Below, in pieces: positions 9,823-19,073 of a DNA stretch of 64,000 nucleotides. The stretch is from assembly GCA_035559595.1 (NCBI GenBank), contig DATMBF010000005.1:18707-82706 (forward strand), in the 5' to 3' direction. The notes under the pieces were generated by a model. That model had not been told where the DNA came from. It worked only from the letters and a program-made list of their open reading frames with translations, and ran no database searches. Origin of the DNA: Bacteroidota bacterium (GTDB taxonomy: Bacteria; Bacteroidota; Ignavibacteria; UBA10030). Made by a program: the position numbers and the translations under genes. How positions within the stretch are numbered: the stretch's first letter is position 1; every line of letters begins with the position of its first letter.

Positions 9823-12207
9823 TTACTCCGGAGGGTGCCCTTGCGGAGGGATATCAAGCCAAATACGCAACTCTCCTTGCTCCTCCGCTAGGGGTGCTTC
9901 CTCGTGTTCCGGCTCCGATACGGCCTTTGTCAGGATCTCAATTCCCGATGCATCGAACCCGAAAAGGTCATCTTGTGAGAAGATCCTTTGAAAATCTTCG
10001 GGTTTAAAGAAGATTTCGAACTTCCGGGAGCATTCATCAAGGCGACTGAGGTAATATTGACTGTTCTCGTCTGGGAAGTTCGGATCCCATTCCTCCGCCA
10101 GCCGTGAGTTTTCCGAAATCTTCACGCCGGCTCCTGAACCAGTGACGTAATATGAAACACGATCTCCGGCTTTGACATACCTTGCGGCTCGCTTGACAAC
10201 TTCATAAGCGGCGGAGGGGTTACGCGTGCCTGCAGTGAGATCTGCCTCGTAACGCTCGAGAGAATCATGCAGCGTTTCCGTTCGTGCAAAATCAAGCACA
10301 CTCCATTGATGGCTGATGATTTGCTTGGCGACCGCCACGTAAGTCTCATGAAGTGCGGAGATGTTCTCATGAAGCAGGCTTTCAATACAGCGTCGAATGT
10401 AACGCCGACAAAACGGTTCGAGCGAACGGGAAATGAGAGAGCTTCCTTTGATGCTGACTTTATTGTCGTACGACAAAAGCGCATAGTTCTTTCTCTTGTA
10501 GCTGAGCATCCGTTGAAATCGTCCGGCATAGGCGAGATGTATTCCTTCGGGGAGAGATTTTGAGATTCGCTCCACGAATGTCGATTCTTCTTCTTCTCCT
10601 ACCACATTATCCGGCGGAATGAAATAAATGCCATCAGTATCGACTTCAATAACTGTTCCGTTGTACAGTTCAACCTGCCTCATGATTTCTCGCAGAAGGT
10701 GCTGACCTGTCGTTGTCACGACATCTGCCTGTTCATAATCATTGAACAGCGCGCGAGCGTAGCCAAGGTAGCCATAGAACGAATTTGCCAGAATCTTATA
10801 AGAACTTTGCAGGGCATCGACCTTTGCCCGTTCGGCAGGGTCGTTGGTGGATTTCATGATTCGTTTTGCCTCGAGTCGCATCGAGAGGAGTTTCCGAAGG
10901 ATGAGAGGGAAGATTCCGAGCTGATCGGTCTTTGGTGTTATCTTCCGTGAGACGATGATCGAAGGGTAGAGCGATTCCACATCGGCATGAACAACCGTCT
11001 TGAGAAGTCCGGTAACGAAAATGTCAGTGTATCCGCCCGTCGTTTGGGCTCCCTGCTGAGGCTTGGGAATGGAGTGTTTCTGTCGCACATACTCCCTTAA
11101 CAGAAGGGATTCGATTTTGGCTGCAGACCCCGTTCGGAGAATTGTCCCGAAGGGCAGTGGACACATCTGCGCAAGGAAAAAACTCGGCGGTTCGAGGTGC
11201 TCGGCGATCACGCGAGTAGCCGCGGCTTCATGCTCGCTCAGGGCCACCAGTCGAGCAGGGTGCGACTTCCACATTTGGGTTTGCTCGCGCGAAGCCTCGA
11301 AGAGCTCCTCTGGGATCGTGTAGCCGAAATGGGGAGCGACGTAAGAAAGCGATGAATGTTCAAGCGACCTTCTTGCAAAATCATACGATTGGGTAAGCGG
11401 CAACGTATCAACCAGATGGCGACCTGGCAGTTCGTAGAAGCCGGGTTCGTAGGGGAGGTCGGCGTCTTGAAGTGGGGAGATAACTCGAGGCTCTTCGCCA
11501 TCCCGACCAATCGAAAGCTCAACGCCGTAGAGCTCCGTCCTTGCGGTCAGATAGGGGAGAATAAAAGAATGAAGGCCGTGCCCTTCAATGACGTCGGGGT
11601 TTTTCTCAGTTATGATCTCCACTGCGCGTTGCAGCAGCTGTTCCTCCGAAAACTTGCGCCCATCGATGGACTCCTTCCAGCCTCGGTTATCCGAAATCGA
11701 GAGAACAACAATCTTGTCTTCGGTCTTGCGGAAGTCGCTCGGCTTGCCCGGATGGGAAAGAGCCTTCAGCGAGATCTGCAAGCGGTGCAGATCATTGAAC
11801 GACATTCCCTTGAATAGTGTGACGCCGGATTGCAGGAGATAGTGTTGAAGGGGGTCGGGTCTCAGAAAGAGGCAGTCGGTTTGCGTGTAACTCTCGAACC
11901 GTCGTGATGTCTGGCGCGCGTAGTTCTCAAGCACGAAACGCACAGCATCCCACATATCTCCCCACCGACTGAACGCTGCCAGAAATTGGAAATGGTTTGA
12001 TCCGGCGAGCTTCTTTATCCAATGGTATTTTGGGAAGCCCGAGAGGAGTGATTGGTCGGTAAGATGAAAGAAGGGATAGAAGGGAACATCCTGATGTTGA
12101 ACTGCATCCCCCCATCGTCTATAGATCCGAATCTGAGAATCGTTTACCTGATGAAGCGCAACAACGTGCTGCTCATCGTTGGACCCATAGAGAAGCTCAT
12201 CCATCAA
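9823..12207 (-). CDS. polB: family-B DNA polymerase (Pol II-like) with degenerate exonuclease motifs
   Basis: Pol motif A is DVESLYPSII, motif B is KILANSFYGYLGY, motif C is IEVDTDGIYF, and the KxY motif is KRKNYAL. Exo I aligns as QISLK (not DIET). Exo II aligns as GHGLHSFILPYL (not GxNxxxFDxPYL). Confidence 0.85.
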   Translation of the reverse strand: MMDELLYGSNDEQHVVALHQVNDSQIRIYRRWGDAVQHQDVPFYPFFHLTDQSLLSGFPKYHWIKKLAGSNHFQFLAAFSRWGDMWDAVRFVLENYARQTSRRFESYTQTDCLFLRPDPLQHYLLQSGVTLFKGMSFNDLHRLQISLKALSHPGKPSDFRKTEDKIVVLSISDNRGWKESIDGRKFSEEQLLQRAVEIITEKNPDVIEGHGLHSFILPYLTARTELYGVELSIGRDGEEPRVISPLQDADLPYEPGFYELPGRHLVDTLPLTQSYDFARRSLEHSSLSYVAPHFGYTIPEELFEASREQTQMWKSHPARLVALSEHEAAATRVIAEHLEPPSFFLAQMCPLPFGTILRTGSAAKIESLLLREYVRQKHSIPKPQQGAQTTGGYTDIFVTGLLKTVVHADVESLYPSIIVSRKITPKTDQLGIFPLILRKLLSMRLEAKRIMKSTNDPAERAKVDALQSSYKILANSFYGYLGYARALFNDYEQADVVTTTGQHLLREIMRQVELYNGTVIEVDTDGIYFIPPDNVVGEEEESTFVERISKSLPEGIHLAYAGRFQRMLSYKRKNYALLSYDNKVSIKGSSLISRSLEPFCRRYIRRCIESLLHENISALHETYVAVAKQIISHQWSVLDFARTETLHDSLERYEADLTAGTRNPSAAYEVVKRAARYVKAGDRVSYYVTGSGAGVKISENSRLAEEWDPNFPDENSQYYLSRLDECSRKFEIFFKPEDFQRIFSQDDLFGFDASGIEILTKAVSEPEHEEAPLAEEQGELRIWLDIPPQGHPPE

Positions 12208-12241
12208 CTATCCATGATTCTCTGACCTGGTCGATCAGGCG

Positions 12242-13006
12242 TTATTTCTTTTTCTCTCGCTCGTCGAGGAATGGCCTCAGGAGATCGATGGGAACAGGGA
12301 AAATCGTTGTGGAGTTGTTCTCCGTCGCGATTTCACGAAGTGTTTGTAGGTACCGCAGTGTCAAAGCGCTGGGTTGCTCACTGAGAATCTTGGCGGCATC
12401 TGAGAGTCGTTGCGAAGCCTGGTATTCACCTTCAGCCGCAATGACCTTCGAGCGGCGTTCGCGCTCGGCTTCCGCCTGCTTTGCCATAGCTCGTTGCATT
12501 TCCTGCGGCAGATCGATGTGCTTCACTTCCACTGTTGAAACCTTGACACCCCACGGTTCCGTCTGGTGGTCAATGATCTTCTGGAGCTGCAGGTTGATCT
12601 TCTCGCGCTCCGCCAGGAGGTCGTCAAGCTCCGATTGTCCCAGCACGCTTCGTAGTGTGGTTTGGGAAAGCTGGGAGGTGGCGAAAAGGTAGTTCTCCAC
12701 TTCGACGATCGCTTTTTCCGGTTGTACGACTCGGAAATACACGACGGCGTTAACCTTCAGTGAGACGTTGTCTTTGGTGATGATATCCTGTGCGGGGACG
12801 TCCATAACGACAGTGCGGAGACTGACCTTGACCATCTTATCGATGAGTGGAATCAGGATAATCAATCCCGGTCCCTTGACGCCGATGAGTCGGCCGAGAC
12901 GGAAAACGACACCGCGTTCGTATTCACGCAGGATGCGGATGGCATTAGCAAGAATGATAACGGCGAAGACGAGCAGAACGGTGAAAAGCGTGGGCGCAAA
13001 ATTCAT
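12242..13006 (-). CDS. SPFH/band-7 (stomatin-like) protein
   Basis: N-terminal TM helix followed by an SPFH core ([24 protein letters not shown]) and a coiled coil ([20 protein letters not shown]). Confidence 0.9.
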   Translation of the reverse strand: MNFAPTLFTVLLVFAVIILANAIRILREYERGVVFRLGRLIGVKGPGLIILIPLIDKMVKVSLRTVVMDVPAQDIITKDNVSLKVNAVVYFRVVQPEKAIVEVENYLFATSQLSQTTLRSVLGQSELDDLLAEREKINLQLQKIIDHQTEPWGVKVSTVEVKHIDLPQEMQRAMAKQAEAERERRSKVIAAEGEYQASQRLSDAAKILSEQPSALTLRYLQTLREIATENNSTTIFPVPIDLLRPFLDEREKKK

Positions 13007-13030
13007 ATCAATTTCCTCCTCAAGGGGTCT

Positions 13031-14392
13031 TTATGAAACACGTTCAACTTTCAGTGTGAGATTCACAATCTCTTTGACGCGAACCTTTTCTCCCTTTCCA
13101 ATCTTCCCGGAGATTGATTCTGCATTCCAGATTTCCCCATGGACACGAACGCTTCCCGATGGATTAAGCACGCTTAACGCTTCACCAACCTCTCCAATGA
13201 GTCCCTCACTGCCGGTGATGGGTTTTCGTCCCTGTGCTTTGATTCCCAAGCCAATCACAAACAAGAAAAACACAAGCGTTACAGCCGTCGTGGCGATGAT
13301 CAAACTCCAGGAGATTTCAATGAACTCCAGTCCTGATTCCGACCGGATAAGCATCATGGAGCCAAGCAGAAGAGAGATTACGCCACCTACTGTCAGCAGG
13401 CCGTAACTGGTGACTTTGATTTCCGCGATAAAGAGGATGATTGCAAAGATAATTAGTGCAAGTCCGGCGTAATTGATCGGAAGCGTGTGAAGGGAGTAGA
13501 AGGCAAGGATGAGACTGATCACCCCTACGACGCCGGGCAAAATACTCCCCGGATTGTAGAGCTCGAACAGCAATCCATACACTCCAAGCATGAATAAAAT
13601 GTAGGCAATGTTCGGGTCACTGAGGATATCAAGAACTCTTTCCGACCATCCCATCTCGATCCTGTCAATTGTTGCACCCGCTGTTTTCAAGACAACAGAC
13701 CTGTTTGGTAAGTCGATCGTTCTTCCTTCGAGCTGAACAAGCAGGCTGTCGACCCCTTTGGAAACAAGGTCGATCACCTTTTTCTGCAGAGCTTCCGACT
13801 CAGTAATCGAAATACTCTTTCTCACAGCCTCTTCGGCCCAACTCAAATTCCGTTTTCTCTTTTCTGCGATTGTTCGGATGAACGCGGCAGCGTCGTTGGT
13901 GGCCTTTTCCATCATGACGGAGTCCTGTTCGCCCTGCAACGACACGGGGTGCGCAGCGCCGATGTTTGTTCCCGGCGCCATGACCGCCACATGCGCTGCC
14001 AACGTTACAAACACACCTGCCGATGCAGCTTGAGAGCCGCTGGGGCTGACGTAAACGACAACAGGAACATCGGCCTCAAGAATATCGCTGACGATGACTC
14101 GCGTTGATTTCAATAATCCACCCGGCGTGTTAAGCTGAATGATGACGCACTCGGCCCTCCTTTCCTCTCCCGATTTAATGGCTGTATGAATGAACTCTGC
14201 AGCGGCCGGGTTGATTGCTCCGTCAATTCTTGCAACGACAACGCTCTTTTCTTGAGCGCTGAGAGTGAGAAACATGGGAAAGAGGAAAAGGATTGACCTG
14301 AGAGTTGAACTCACTGGTGGTGATTGGCGAGAGTGCCGTAAGCAGCTTGTTTTCATCAGATGCAAGATACCGAAATGGTCGCTGAAATTCAA
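13031..14392 (-). CDS. NfeD-family membrane-bound ClpP-class serine protease
   Basis: ClpP-like N-domain (IDGAINPAAAEFI, LNTPGGLL, SAGVFV), a central TM bundle and a C-terminal NfeD OB domain (VRVHGEIWNAES). The likely true start is Met at 14356. Confidence 0.85.
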   Translation of the reverse strand: MNFSDHFGILHLMKTSCLRHSRQSPPVSSTLRSILFLFPMFLTLSAQEKSVVVARIDGAINPAAAEFIHTAIKSGEERRAECVIIQLNTPGGLLKSTRVIVSDILEADVPVVVYVSPSGSQAASAGVFVTLAAHVAVMAPGTNIGAAHPVSLQGEQDSVMMEKATNDAAAFIRTIAEKRKRNLSWAEEAVRKSISITESEALQKKVIDLVSKGVDSLLVQLEGRTIDLPNRSVVLKTAGATIDRIEMGWSERVLDILSDPNIAYILFMLGVYGLLFELYNPGSILPGVVGVISLILAFYSLHTLPINYAGLALIIFAIILFIAEIKVTSYGLLTVGGVISLLLGSMMLIRSESGLEFIEISWSLIIATTAVTLVFFLFVIGLGIKAQGRKPITGSEGLIGEVGEALSVLNPSGSVRVHGEIWNAESISGKIGKGEKVRVKEIVNLTLKVERVS

Positions 14393-14430
14393 TTTGTCGC
14401 ACGCACCGTCTTGAGAGCATTATCATTTTG

Positions 14431-14478
14431 TTAACTTTGAGAAAGCTTTAAGTAACCGTGCGGAATCTTCCGTATATT
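14431..14478 (+). promoter_or_regulatory. candidate Pho-box-like repeats plus -10 element upstream of the response regulator
   Basis: TTAAC (14431) and GTAAC (14452), then GAATCTT, then TATATT (14473-14478). The TAAC-N7-AATCTT-N3-(-10) layout matches the porin/pst promoter. Confidence 0.3.
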
Positions 14479-14494
14479 ATGCCCACTGCACGAT

Positions 14495-15190
14495 ATGTCC
14501 ATGAAGCAAACCATTCTCATCGTCGACGACGAACAAGATATTCTCGAATTGCTCAAGTATAATCTGCAGAAGGAGGGGTACGCTGTCCTCACTGCTCGTA
14601 ATGGCAGAGAAGCTCTTCAACAAGCCGCGAAACAACCACATCTTGTCGTTTTGGATGTGATGATGCCGGAAATGGATGGTTGGGAGGTAAGCAAAGCCCT
14701 GCGCGAACAGCGGGAGACGGCAGGCATTCCTATCATATTTCTGACGGCAAGGGATAGCGAACTCGACGAGGTGGTGGGATTGGAACTTGGCGCCGACGAC
14801 TACATAACAAAGCCTGTAAAAGTGCGGACGTTTCTTGCTCGCGTTAAGAGAGTTCTTCGCAAGCAAAGACCTGTGGGTGAGTTTACGGCGCATGATGTGT
14901 TGACGTTTGGGCAAATGGAGATCGAGCCTGCCAATTATAGGGTGAAACTTCGCGGCAAAGAGATTGCGCTACCGAAAAAAGAATTTGAAGTTCTTCTCTT
15001 TCTTGCCAGACATCCGGATCGGATTGTCAAACGAGAGACGCTCCTCAATGAGGTCTGGGGGAGAGATGTTTATGTCGTTGACCGTACGATTGATGTTCAC
15101 ATTCGTAAAATCCGCGAAAAGCTTGGTGAATTTGCCTCGCACATCGAGACGGTCAAGGGAGTCGGTTACCGTTTTCGAAGAGAGATCTGA
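14495..15190 (+). CDS. OmpR/PhoB-family response regulator transcription factor (PhoB-like by context)
   Basis: Receiver domain (ILIVDDEQDI, DVMMPEMDG) plus a winged-helix Trans_reg_C domain (VWGRDVYVVDRTIDVHIRKIREKL, VKGVGYRF). Confidence 0.85.
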   Translation: MSMKQTILIVDDEQDILELLKYNLQKEGYAVLTARNGREALQQAAKQPHLVVLDVMMPEMDGWEVSKALREQRETAGIPIIFLTARDSELDEVVGLELGADDYITKPVKVRTFLARVKRVLRKQRPVGEFTAHDVLTFGQMEIEPANYRVKLRGKEIALPKKEFEVLLFLARHPDRIVKRETLLNEVWGRDVYVVDRTIDVHIRKIREKLGEFASHIETVKGVGYRFRREI

Positions 15191-16635
15191 TGCGCTCCAT
15201 CCAGTCCAAAATCGGCCTCACATTCCTTTTGCTGGCATTCGGTGTCGTGGTGCTTCTGGGGCTGCTTGTCAGTTATAAAATCGAACGACTGTTCATCGAC
15301 AGGTTGCACGCTCAGCTTGAAACCGAAACGCAGGTTATTGTCTCACTTCTGAAGGAATCCGACAAGAATAAGGGTCGCGAATCCATCGCATCAATGTTGA
15401 ACGCTATCTCCTCTTCAAGCAACCTCCGGATTACGCTCATTGCATCTGACGGTAAGGTTCTTTTTGAGTCGTGGGTACCGGATTCCCTCCTTCACACGCT
15501 GGGAACACATGTCGCTCTGCCCGAGGTCATCCAAGCGCGCGAGAAAACGGTAGGATCAGACAGCCGATCAAGCAAATCCACCGGCGAGGAGCTCTTATAT
15601 GTGGCGCGTTTTGTCCAGCCACGAACGTTTGCTCATCCGTCACTTGCGAGTCTTCAGTATGTGCGTGTGGCAATGGGTTTGACCGAGGTTCGCGGGATCA
15701 TCAACGATATTCGCTTGAACGTGCTCTTCGTCGGCATCATCGTCCTTCTTGTTGTCCTTGTGGCAACGCGAATTCTCTCAAAAGCCATCTCAAAGCCAAT
15801 CGTCGAGATCGCTACGAGTGTCAGCGATATCAAAGCAGGGAATCTCGATCGCCGCTTACCCGTCTTATCTCAGGACGAAGTCGGAAAACTTGCAGAGTTG
15901 ATTAACGAGATGACGGACAAGCTCAGGCGCGACATCGAGCAGTTGAAGAAGCTCGAACGTGTGCGGAGCGAATTCCTGGGGAATGTCTCGCATGAGCTCC
16001 GGACCCCCATTTTTTCGCTTAAAGGTTTCCTTGAAACGCTCATGGACGGAGCCATCGACGATCCACAGGTCAATCGGGAGTTTGTCAAGAAAGCGTATGC
16101 ACATGCAAGCCGGCTCGATACGCTGCTGATTGATCTCATCGAAATCTCACGTATGGAGTCGGGCGAGATGAAGATGAGCTTTCGGTACTTCGACCTTTCC
16201 GACTTCCTCAGCCAAGTAAAAGAAGATTTTGAAGCTGAAGCCGGAAAGAAACGACAGACCCTGAACGTTGAAATCCCGCAGGCGGCAGTCTCCGTCTATG
16301 GAGACAAAGAACGTTTGCGGCAGGCGTTAGGGAACATTCTCGATAATGCTATAAAGTACAGTCCCGATGATTCCAGTATTCTCCTCAAGGCTGCGGAACG
16401 TGACAGCAGAGTGGAGATCAGTGTGGAGGATAACGGTCCGGGCATTCCCGAGGAACACCTTCCACGGATCTTCGAACGCTTCTACCGCGTTGATAAAACC
16501 CGATCGCGAAATGTTGGCGGTACAGGACTTGGTCTTGCCATTGCGAAACACATTATCGAGGCTCACGGAAGCAAGATCCAGGTTGAAAGCGAAGTCGGTA
16601 AGGGAACAAGATTCTGGTTTGAGCTAAGAAAATAG
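15190..16635 (+). CDS. sensor histidine kinase with HAMP, HisKA and HATPase domains (PhoR-like by context)
   Basis: Two TM helices flank a periplasmic segment, followed by HAMP. The H-box is FLGNVSHELRTPI; the N and G boxes are NAIKYS and DNGPGIP / GGTGLGLAI. The start overlaps the RR stop. Confidence 0.85.
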   Translation: MRSIQSKIGLTFLLLAFGVVVLLGLLVSYKIERLFIDRLHAQLETETQVIVSLLKESDKNKGRESIASMLNAISSSSNLRITLIASDGKVLFESWVPDSLLHTLGTHVALPEVIQAREKTVGSDSRSSKSTGEELLYVARFVQPRTFAHPSLASLQYVRVAMGLTEVRGIINDIRLNVLFVGIIVLLVVLVATRILSKAISKPIVEIATSVSDIKAGNLDRRLPVLSQDEVGKLAELINEMTDKLRRDIEQLKKLERVRSEFLGNVSHELRTPIFSLKGFLETLMDGAIDDPQVNREFVKKAYAHASRLDTLLIDLIEISRMESGEMKMSFRYFDLSDFLSQVKEDFEAEAGKKRQTLNVEIPQAAVSVYGDKERLRQALGNILDNAIKYSPDDSSILLKAAERDSRVEISVEDNGPGIPEEHLPRIFERFYRVDKTRSRNVGGTGLGLAIAKHIIEAHGSKIQVESEVGKGTRFWFELRK

Positions 16636-16671
16636 TCGTTTCGTCAAGAGTCAGATGACAGAAAGGTATCC

Positions 16672-19071
16672 TTGAATCTTAACTCATTCTTGGTTGAAAG
16701 ACTTTTTCAACGGCTCGATCTCGATAAGTCCACAATTCAGCAATTAAGAATCGCCAACAGCTTAAGTGATGTGGAAGGAAAAGGTTTCCCCAGAGAGTTG
16801 CTCTCCCTGAGCCTTCCGATGGTCATTCGAGGTTTACTGAACTTCGGTATCCTCCAGATGAAACGAGACTGGGTCTACCCCTTCTGGGTTTACCGTCAAC
16901 TCGACCCCTTCAGTACCAGTCACATCCCCCGATCCCAAAACCCATTACTTATGAACATTACCCACCGTAACTGGACCGCTCTGGGGACGCCGCATGGAAA
17001 ACATGAAGCAATTGTTGACCCGCGCGGACTCGTTACACCGTTGCCACGGGAGTGGTCGCTTGACTGCTGGCTCAGAATCGATGGGAGAAGTCTTTTCCCC
17101 TCTCGTTCGTCGGCCACGCAGTCCTTTGATCCCAAGGCCCCCGCTCTCATAACATCGTTCATTCATGAGGAAGTCCTCTTGGAGTGTGAAACGTTTGTTT
17201 CACCGACAAGGAAGGGGATAGATGTTTTGTTTTACCGTGCGAAGGTGACGAACACATCCGACCGGACAAAGCAAGGGGAGTTCTATTTTGCGATCAGGCC
17301 ATTTAACCCCGAAGGCGTGGCGCCGATTGTCTGTATCGAACGAATATCATCCAGGGAAATCTCTGTCAACGGGACGCTTGGCCCGGTGCTCGCCATGGAG
17401 CCGGATGCGGTGCTGTTTGGCAGCAGCAAGCTCGGCGATTCTTCGCGATTCCTTCGTTCGGTCGATGGAGCTCCCGGACGCACAATCGGTGAGCCTCTGG
17501 CAGCAAAGGTTGATTGCACGCAGGGGCTGGCGAATGCCATCGTGAAATACTCATTTCATTTGAACCCGGAGGAATCGAAAGCATACGTTTGCAGCATTGC
17601 GCTCGAAAAAGAACATGATTTGAAGCGTCAGCCGATCAAGCAGGGGTGGAAGGTGTCATTCGGCAAACGGAAAGCAGAACATCGCCGGGTCTGGCACGAG
17701 GAATTATCGAAAGGTCTGGTTGTCGACCTACCGGACGAGCATTTACAGAACCTTTTCGATTCGTCGCGAATAACGCTTCTTCAGTTTCAAGATGATTCGT
17801 TTATCTCACCAGGTCCTTATCTCTACCACCGGTTTTGGTTTCGCGATGCCGGTCCGATGCTTCGTGCGCTCGATGTTCTCGGGTATGGGGAGAGAACGCG
17901 GAAGGTGATCGATGGATTTCCAAAATACCTTACCACCGACGGATTCTTTCGCGGGCCCGATGGGGAATGGGACTCAAACGGAGTCGCGTTGTGGACAATT
18001 TGGAATCACTTTCTCTCCCGGCAATCTGAGCTCTGGCTGAAGAGGTGGTACCGGCGCATGGTCAGGGCTGCGGCTTGGATTGCCAAGAAACGCAACCATG
18101 GGTTGCCAAAGTATAGAGGCTTAATGCCGCCGAGCATCAGCGCAGAGCATCTCGGAACTGTCGACCAGTACTACTGGGATTCATTCTGGTCTTTGGCAGG
18201 GCTCAAGGTGATGAGCAGGGTTGCCCGACATTTCAACGAGAAAGAAGATGCTGAAGTTTTTGATGCCGTAGCGTCTGACTTCGAGAAGCATATTCTTGCA
18301 TCGCTTGAGGAGGTGGAAAACCGACTGGGAGAGAAGCTCATTCCGGCAACGCCCGATCGCCCCTTCGATGAGAGCGCTATTGGTTCGATTTCGTGCATCT
18401 ATCCTCTGTGGCTTGTTTCCTTCGTTCATTCTTACGGTGCGAGAACTCTCTCGCGCTTGATAAAGGATTATGTTGACGACAAGGGGTTCTATCATCCGAT
18501 CATCCATTCAGGGTACAACCCGTACCTTACTCTCCAACTTGCCCATGCCTCCTTGTGGATCGGGCAATTCGAAGAGGCTTGGCGAGTAGCCAGCACAATT
18601 TTCCGTCAAGCGCAATCGCCATATTCACTGCCGGAAGCAATTCATCCGACCACCGGTGGCGGATCGATGGGGGATGGTCATCATGGGTGGGCATCAGCGG
18701 AAATAGTTCTTTTTCTGAGAGATTGTCTTTTGTACGAGGAGGAAGAATGCCTTCATGTATTTCGTGGGGCAGGGGAGAGACTGATAACATGGGGAAAGCC
18801 CACCAGGATTCTCAAGGCACCGACGAGATTCGGCACCTTCTCCTGCTCAATTGAATTCCAGTCGGATCGCAGGGGCTTCGTCACTTTTGCGAATCGGTTT
18901 GTTCCTGGACGCTCACCTCGGTCAATCCTGCTTCATCTCCCGAAGAAGATATCCACAGTACTTCCTGCATCTGAGCGATATCTTCTTTCAACAGAAAAAA
19001 CCGCTTCGTCGACGGTGCTGCGTCTCAGTCCCAGCGTCACAACACTCCTCTTTGAAGGCCACGATGTCTGA
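16672..19071 (+). CDS. cytoplasmic six-hairpin (alpha/alpha)6 glycosidase-like protein (GH15/GDE_C-like), function unknown
   Basis: No signal peptide. YLYHRFWFRDAGPMLRAL, DSNGVALWTIWNHF, YYWDSFWSLAGL and GDGHHGWASAEIVLFLRD resemble (alpha/alpha)6-barrel glucoamylase/debranching folds. TTG start 36 nt after the kinase stop. Confidence 0.5.
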   Translation: MNLNSFLVERLFQRLDLDKSTIQQLRIANSLSDVEGKGFPRELLSLSLPMVIRGLLNFGILQMKRDWVYPFWVYRQLDPFSTSHIPRSQNPLLMNITHRNWTALGTPHGKHEAIVDPRGLVTPLPREWSLDCWLRIDGRSLFPSRSSATQSFDPKAPALITSFIHEEVLLECETFVSPTRKGIDVLFYRAKVTNTSDRTKQGEFYFAIRPFNPEGVAPIVCIERISSREISVNGTLGPVLAMEPDAVLFGSSKLGDSSRFLRSVDGAPGRTIGEPLAAKVDCTQGLANAIVKYSFHLNPEESKAYVCSIALEKEHDLKRQPIKQGWKVSFGKRKAEHRRVWHEELSKGLVVDLPDEHLQNLFDSSRITLLQFQDDSFISPGPYLYHRFWFRDAGPMLRALDVLGYGERTRKVIDGFPKYLTTDGFFRGPDGEWDSNGVALWTIWNHFLSRQSELWLKRWYRRMVRAAAWIAKKRNHGLPKYRGLMPPSISAEHLGTVDQYYWDSFWSLAGLKVMSRVARHFNEKEDAEVFDAVASDFEKHILASLEEVENRLGEKLIPATPDRPFDESAIGSISCIYPLWLVSFVHSYGARTLSRLIKDYVDDKGFYHPIIHSGYNPYLTLQLAHASLWIGQFEEAWRVASTIFRQAQSPYSLPEAIHPTTGGGSMGDGHHGWASAEIVLFLRDCLLYEEEECLHVFRGAGERLITWGKPTRILKAPTRFGTFSCSIEFQSDRRGFVTFANRFVPGRSPRSILLHLPKKISTVLPASERYLLSTEKTASSTVLRLSPSVTTLLFEGHDV

Positions 19072-19073
19072 AC

